Positions 53,471 to 64,000 of a stretch of DNA of 64,000 bases are shown in pieces. Under the pieces are notes generated by a model. The model made no database searches, was not told where the DNA came from, and saw only the letters and a list, made by a program, of their open reading frames with translations. Position numbers and translations under genes: made by a program. Numbering within the stretch: the stretch's first letter is position 1; each line of letters opens with the position of its first letter. Source of the stretch: the human T2T-CHM13v2.0 reference genome, Homo sapiens; the NCBI RefSeq assembly GCF_009914755.1, contig NC_060943.1. One strand, given 5' to 3'.

Positions 53471-53518
53471 TTATTTATGACGACTTTATTTATTCTAATA
53501 TGATTTTATAGTATTTAT
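53471..53518 (+). promoter_or_regulatory. AU-rich elements in the ZFP36 3' UTR
   Basis: TTATTTAT 53471-53478, nonamer TTATTTATT 53486-53494, TATTTAT 53512-53518; TTP binding-site consensus, consistent with known autoregulation. Confidence 0.9.
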
Positions 53519-53667
53519 ATATATTGGGTCGTCTGCTTCCCTTGTATTTTTCTTCCTTTTTTTGTAATATTGAAAACGACGATATAATTATTATAAGTAG
53601 ACTATAATATATTTAGTAATATATATTATTACCTTAAAAGTCTATTTTTGTGTTTTGGGCATTTTTA

Positions 53668-53673
53668 AATAAA
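53668..53673 (+). terminator. ZFP36 polyadenylation signal AATAAA
   Basis: Canonical hexamer ending the AU-rich 3' UTR. Confidence 0.9.
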
Positions 53674-53902
53674 CAATCTGAGTGTAAGCTGGGATCCTGG
53701 CTTCTTCGCGGTCTAGAGACAGGAATGGAGAGGGAGGGGGTGACTTTTTGGAAGCTGGGTGCAGTTAACTCTTCCTCTCCGAGCCCCGCGGCGCTTACCT
53801 GGCAGGAAGTGACGTCACCGGGCCTGGCCGTTCACCTGAAAGGGTGGGACCAGGTGAGGTCACCAGATGGGAACCGGGGGAGCCAGTTCCCGGGCGTCGG
53901 GG

Positions 53903-53958
53903 GCGCCGCGCTCCCGTCCTGCTGGGCTCCTTGACCCAGCTTCGGGCGGGTGCGGTCG
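53903..53958 (-). ncRNA. MIR4530: MIR4530 precursor (low-confidence miRNA class)
   Basis: Minus strand of 53909-53926 reads CCCAGCAGGACGGGAGCG, which I recognise as mature miR-4530, in a GC-rich hairpin downstream of ZFP36. Confidence 0.7.
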
Positions 53959-54504
53959 GGGACGGGATGTTTCCGTCCCCACGGGGCCGCGGGAGGCGGG
54001 AGGGGCCGGGTGGGGAGGACGGAATGTGCTGGGGCGCGCGCCCAGAGCGAGCGGGGGCGGGCGCGGGGCGGGGCAGCCTGGGGTAGCGGAACCCGTTTCG
54101 GGACTAGAGGTTCCGGGGGGGCTTCGACACCTTCTGGATGTTGGGGAAGCGGGTTTAGGGTCTCAAGAGGCTAGGATCTCAACATTTGGGAGTCACAGGT
54201 TGCATCCCCTAGCGCTTTAGACTCTAGACCCCTGGTGGCTCGGAGTTGCAGATTTCTGGAGCCCGGGAATTACCGGGTCTTGGCATTTCCGAACCTTGGA
54301 AGTCCGAGGCTTCGCACACCGACCAGGGTCGGCCCCGCGAGGCCAGGGCGTGTGGGTAGGGGCCGCGCGTCTAGGAGGGGCCCCGGGGGAGCCGCGTCTT
54401 CAGACCATACAAGGCCAGCGTCGTCGGGACCAACCCCGGGGCCCCGCGCCCGGAAGCCGCCCTGCGTCAGCGCCTGCGGCTCGGCCCTGCCGCCCAGCCT
54501 TCGC

Positions 54505-54970
54505 CCCTGCGACCCCTCTTTTTTCTCCTTGCCCCGCACTCCTCCCTCCTCCCTCTCACTTCCCTCTTCTCTCCTTTCCCTACCCTCACCCTTCCTCCTC
54601 TTTTTCACTTCCTCCTCTGCACCCTTCTGCCCCGCCCTACACCCTTTGCCTTCTGTTCTTCTCTCCCCCTCCAATTTGTCCCCTCCCTCATTACTCCTCT
54701 CCCACTTCCAGCCTCCCCATCCTGCCGTCTCTTACCCCCTTTCTCCTCCTTCCCGTCTCCCTTCTCTCCCTTTTTCCGTCCTTCTTTCCCTCTCCACCCT
54801 TTCCTTGCCCTCCCACTCCCCATTGTCCTCTTCCCCTCCTCCCCCTAGCCTTACTCCTTCTCCTCTTCTCTCTCCCTCTGAAGCCCCTTTCCCTCCTCTC
54901 CCTTCTCTCTACCCTCCTCAAGCCTCCCTCCTGCTCTCAGGCCTCCTTGGCCCACTCCCCTTGCTCACTG
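54505..54970. repeat. C/T-rich low-complexity polypyrimidine-polypurine tract
   Basis: About 460 nt of almost only C and T on the + strand. Confidence 0.8.
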
Positions 54971-55249
54971 ACATTTGGTCTCCTCTTCCAGGAAACTGCT
55001 TCCCTTGTGGGAAAGGGCTCAGGCCCTAATAAGTAGAAGAGGATCAGGCGAGAGGGAGTCAGAACCCCTGAGATGCAAAGGCAGCAGAGGGGCAGAGACC
55101 AAGAGCAAGCAGTGAAGAGACATTTGCAGAAACAGTCTTGGAGACTGAAAGAACAACATCTCTGGTCCTTCCTTTAGCCAGATCTGATTCTCTGCCCCTT
55201 CCCCAAAAAATCCCTCATATAAGAAAACGGCACCTCTCACCATCTACCA

Positions 55250-56020
55250 GGGCTTAAGCCAGACACCCAGGAGTATCCCTTGACACCTTGTTCTCAAATC
55301 CACACCCCAGTCCAACAGCAATCCTGTCTGATCCACCTGCAAAATAGATCCACTATCCACCTGCCCCCACCATGACCCCCACCCTGGTCCTAGCCAACAT
55401 CGTCTGCCATTTGCATCTTCATAGCAGCCCCAGCCCCAGTCTCTGCTCTAGCCCCTGCCTTCAGTCTCTCCTTTCTCCACTCCCCCACGAGACAACCAAA
55501 GGAAGCCTGTTATGAGACCTGAGTCAGGTCACATAAAAGTCAAAGTCCGAAGTCCTCCCCACAGCCCACACAATCTGGCACCCATCGCTTACCCTCCCCC
55601 TTGGCCACTCTGCTCCAGCCACACTGGCCTCCTAGCTGCTCTACCAAGTCTGGTCTGCTTCATCCATAGGAGCTTTGCACTAGCTGTTCCCTCTGCCTGA
55701 ACACTCCCCTGGTGTCCCCATGGCTCACTCCCCTCCTTCATGTCTCTGCTCAAAAGTTGCCTTCTCTGTGAGATCCTCCCTGACCACTGCTGTTGCAATC
55801 CACACCCCACCTCCAACTACCCCATCCTCCCTACCTTGCTCGACTTTTTCCATGACATTTATCATCACCACCTAACATTAAAATGTACTTAATTCTTATG
55901 TTGACAGCAATCTGCCTCCCCACTAGAATGTCGCGTCCTCAGGGGCAGGGACTACTTGTTCACTGCTGTATTACACACAGCTAAAGGAAGCCAGGCATAG
56001 TGAATGTTCAATATTTATTG
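55250..56020 (+). mobile_element. LINE-2 3' end remnant (others at ~19150-19780, 39480-39800, 58600-58980)
   Basis: L2-like text: ctctgctccagccacactggcctcc...cactagaatg...ggcatagtgaatgttcaatatttattgaa. Confidence 0.55.
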
Positions 56021-56429
56021 AAAAAACAAGTCGACTCAAAAACATAGTTTTCCTTTTCAACAGAGGTCGAAAACTCCAAGACAGATAGCTATGTTCATCT
56101 GTAAAGGAGGCATTAAAAAGACAGAGAAATACAGAGGAGGCAGAGTCATATACAGTTTGCCGAGGACCCACATCTCTACAGAAGTCAAACTGTTTGCACA
56201 CAATTCCATGCCCAGAGCATCTAATAAGAGACGATACCCCCACCTGGTGGCTGGGACGGAAACGGCACCTCCCTACAATACAGAACACCCAAAGGACCGT
56301 CGCCAAAGCCCTAGGAGTCTTTTGAGCCCAATAATTCAAAAGATAGAAACGTTCATTCATCTAAGTGATGTAGATGTTTTGGTTGGTTTATTAGATGTGT
56401 AAGTTTATAAAAACTGATGGGAAAAAAAG

Positions 56430-56522
56430 TGCTCCAGGTGAGGATCGAACTCACAACCTCGGCATTGCTCCGCTCGCACTGTCATATAAGTACCGCGCGC
56501 TAACCGATTGCGCCACTGGAGC
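56430..56522 (-). tRNA. TRI-TAT1-1: tRNA-Ile(TAT) with a 19-nt intron
   Basis: GCTCCAGTGGCGCAATCGGTTAGCGCGCGGTACTTATA-[TGACAGTGCGAGCGGAGCA, 56466-56484]-ATGCCGAGGTTGTGAGTTCGATCCTCACCTGGAGCA; acceptor stem GCTCCAG/CTGGAGC, anticodon TAT 56486-56488, T-arm GTGAG-TTCGATC-CTCAC, T7 Pol III terminator at 56422-56428. Confidence 0.97.
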
Positions 56523-56529
56523 TCCGGCC

Positions 56530-58100
56530 GCACCCCTGCGCCGGGGTCTTCTTCAGTGGTTCATAGCCACGTGACCTCACCGGAGGGCCCCGCCTTGTGT
56601 TATATATGCAAATTAAACATTTTGCATTGACCAATAGGAGACAGTGCATTGCCAGTTCCGGATTCTCACGCCTCGCGGCCCTTGCTGTAAAAGGGAAAAG
56701 TCCGCGAGGAGTTTGGAATGTAGGGGTGTCGCCTACCAGAAGGACACGCCTCCTCATGAATATTCAAAACAAGGGGTGGGGTCTTAACCCTTCGCTGGCG
56801 GGTCGGCCGGAAGGCAGCCCCTCCCCCCCCCGCAGGCGGGAACAGGATGTGAGCCCCGGCGACAGCGGGGGAGGGGAAGCCCCGGGCGACCGCCCCCCGC
56901 CTCACAGCTGGGATCGGACTCTCCCGCCCCAGATGTGGCGCCGCCGCCGTCACACGAGCCCCGTGACACCCAGCCGGGAGCCCGAGGGGTCCAGAGGCTC
57001 GGACCCGGGCGTCCGGAATTTCTGCACCGCATCCTGAGAGACCCCGAGGTCCAGACCCCGGCGCCCAGGCTGGAGGACTTGAGCCATCCAGGTGCGCAGC
57101 GCCCCCTCCTGGAGCAGCCGGGAGCCCGGACGTCACCCCGCGAGACCCTGGAGGCCGAGCGCCCCGTATCCCCGTTTCAAGAACTCAGGATCCAGGACCG
57201 CAGACTCCCTCCAGGGCTCCGATCCCAAGACCCCGCGTTGGAGGAACTTGAGATCCGGACTTCTAAGCGCCCCAACCAGTTTCGGGCTGCAGCGGCCATC
57301 GCTTCAAGGGGACCCAGGACTTTGGGACCCCCCTGTGCTCCCACCTGGAGGGAGTTTCATTCCTGCCCCTAGAATTAGGGGAACTCAGAAATCCATCCCC
57401 CACCCCACGGCCCTACCTAGAAGACTTAGGAATGTGGGTCCCCAGCGCCGCCATCTGAGACTCCAGAGTCGAGGCTCCTAGCATCCCCTACGTAGAACAC
57501 TGAGAAATTCCGACTGCGGGACCCCAGTCTCCGAGAGACCCCAGATTCTATTCCTGGAGCCTGAGAGCCCGAAGTTCACGCCCCTGAGTCTGGGCTCCGC
57601 ACCTCCCTGGGGACCGCGTCGGGGTCGCGCAGGAGCCGGGCTGCCTCGAGCCGGGGCTGGAGGCTCCCCGGGAGGTGAGGGGGGAGGCGAGGGGCCCAGG
57701 CGGACTGGGGGAGGGGGCGGCGCCACTGCTGAACAATGAGGGGGCGTGCCGGCGGGGGGCGAGCCGAGGCGCCGGCGGGAGTTGGGGGCTGGAGGGGTGT
57801 GGGAAGGCGCTGGGGAGGCTGTGGCTGTGGGGACGGCGATCGGGGTTCGGAGAGACCGGCCGGAGGGGGTGCGAGGGCTCGGGGCCAGCGCCCCAGCGCG
57901 CAGCCCTCGGCGGGGGAGGGAGCCGTCTGCAGGACCCTGGCATCCGGTCCCCCAGCCTCCGCCCTCCCCTGGGACCCCGCGGCCTCCCGCCCACGGCTTT
58001 TCCCAGCCCTGCCCCTCGCCCTCCGCTCCAGCTGGAGCCCAAACGTTCCCAGGATCCCTAAGCCTCCGGCCCCAGACAAACGGGACTCGCAGCTTCTGCG
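56530..58100 (+). promoter_or_regulatory. PLEKHG2: CpG island: PLEKHG2 promoter and non-coding first exon(s)
   Basis: Dense CpG; candidate donors GAG|GTGAGG at 57674/57675, CAG|GTGCGC at 57091/57092, GAT|GTGAGC at 56848/56849; acceptor ctgcag at 58326 precedes the ATG. Confidence 0.65.
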
Positions 58101-58348
58101 CCTCCTGCTCCGCTCACTCTTCTTTGTCTCAGCCTTTCCATCTTTTTCGCCAGGTTCTCTCTCCTTGTCCCCTTCTTTCTGTCACTTTGTGCCTCCCCCA
58201 TTAGTTACTCTCAGGGGCCCCTCCCTGGATTTACACCACGCTCCTAATTCCCAGCCCCCATCTGTGAGTCTGGGCGGCGGAGAGGCCCATGGGGTCCTGA
58301 TATCCAAGAAGGGGCTCTTTCTGCAGGACTCTGCTGGGCCGCTCAGCC

Positions 58349-64000
<5,652 letters not shown>

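Noticed and set aside
54235-55036. 264-aa and 246-aa S/P/L-rich ORFs
   Set aside because: Artefact of the C/T-only tract and CpG island, which lack stop codons.

Overview
Human genomic DNA, recognisable from its encoded proteins as the GC- and Alu-rich 19q13.2 cluster SAMD4B(+) -> <-PAF1 | MED29(+) -> ZFP36(+) -> MIR4530(-), tRNA-Ile-TAT(-) | PLEKHG2(+, 5' part). Splicing at GT-AG sites gives complete in-frame CDSs for SAMD4B (12 coding exons, 694 aa), PAF1 (14 exons, 531 aa), MED29 (4 exons, 200 aa) and ZFP36/tristetraprolin (2 exons, 326 aa), plus the first 421 codons of PLEKHG2 (DH-PH RhoGEF). Also present: an intron-containing tRNA-Ile(TAT), a processed 7SL pseudogene, a Tigger3a DNA transposon, about 40 Alu copies or fragments, an MSR1-type minisatellite and a 35-bp VNTR. 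This is a well-studied locus and I found no new gene. The best untested leads are regulatory: (i) both upstream AUGs in the SAMD4B start exon are AUG-UGA start-stop elements, one in frame with the CDS in a leaky UGA-CGG context that recurs at the real SAMD4B stop; (ii) skipping PAF1 exon 13 would swap the acidic tail for an NMD-escaping Arg-rich tail; (iii) ZFP36 lies between convergent CTCF motifs together with an MSR1 repeat-split signal-responsive enhancer and a candidate antisense promoter just past its polyA signal; (iv) a 471-nt SAMD4B exon would form a stop-free circRNA. All coordinates were read by eye; repeat boundaries are approximate.
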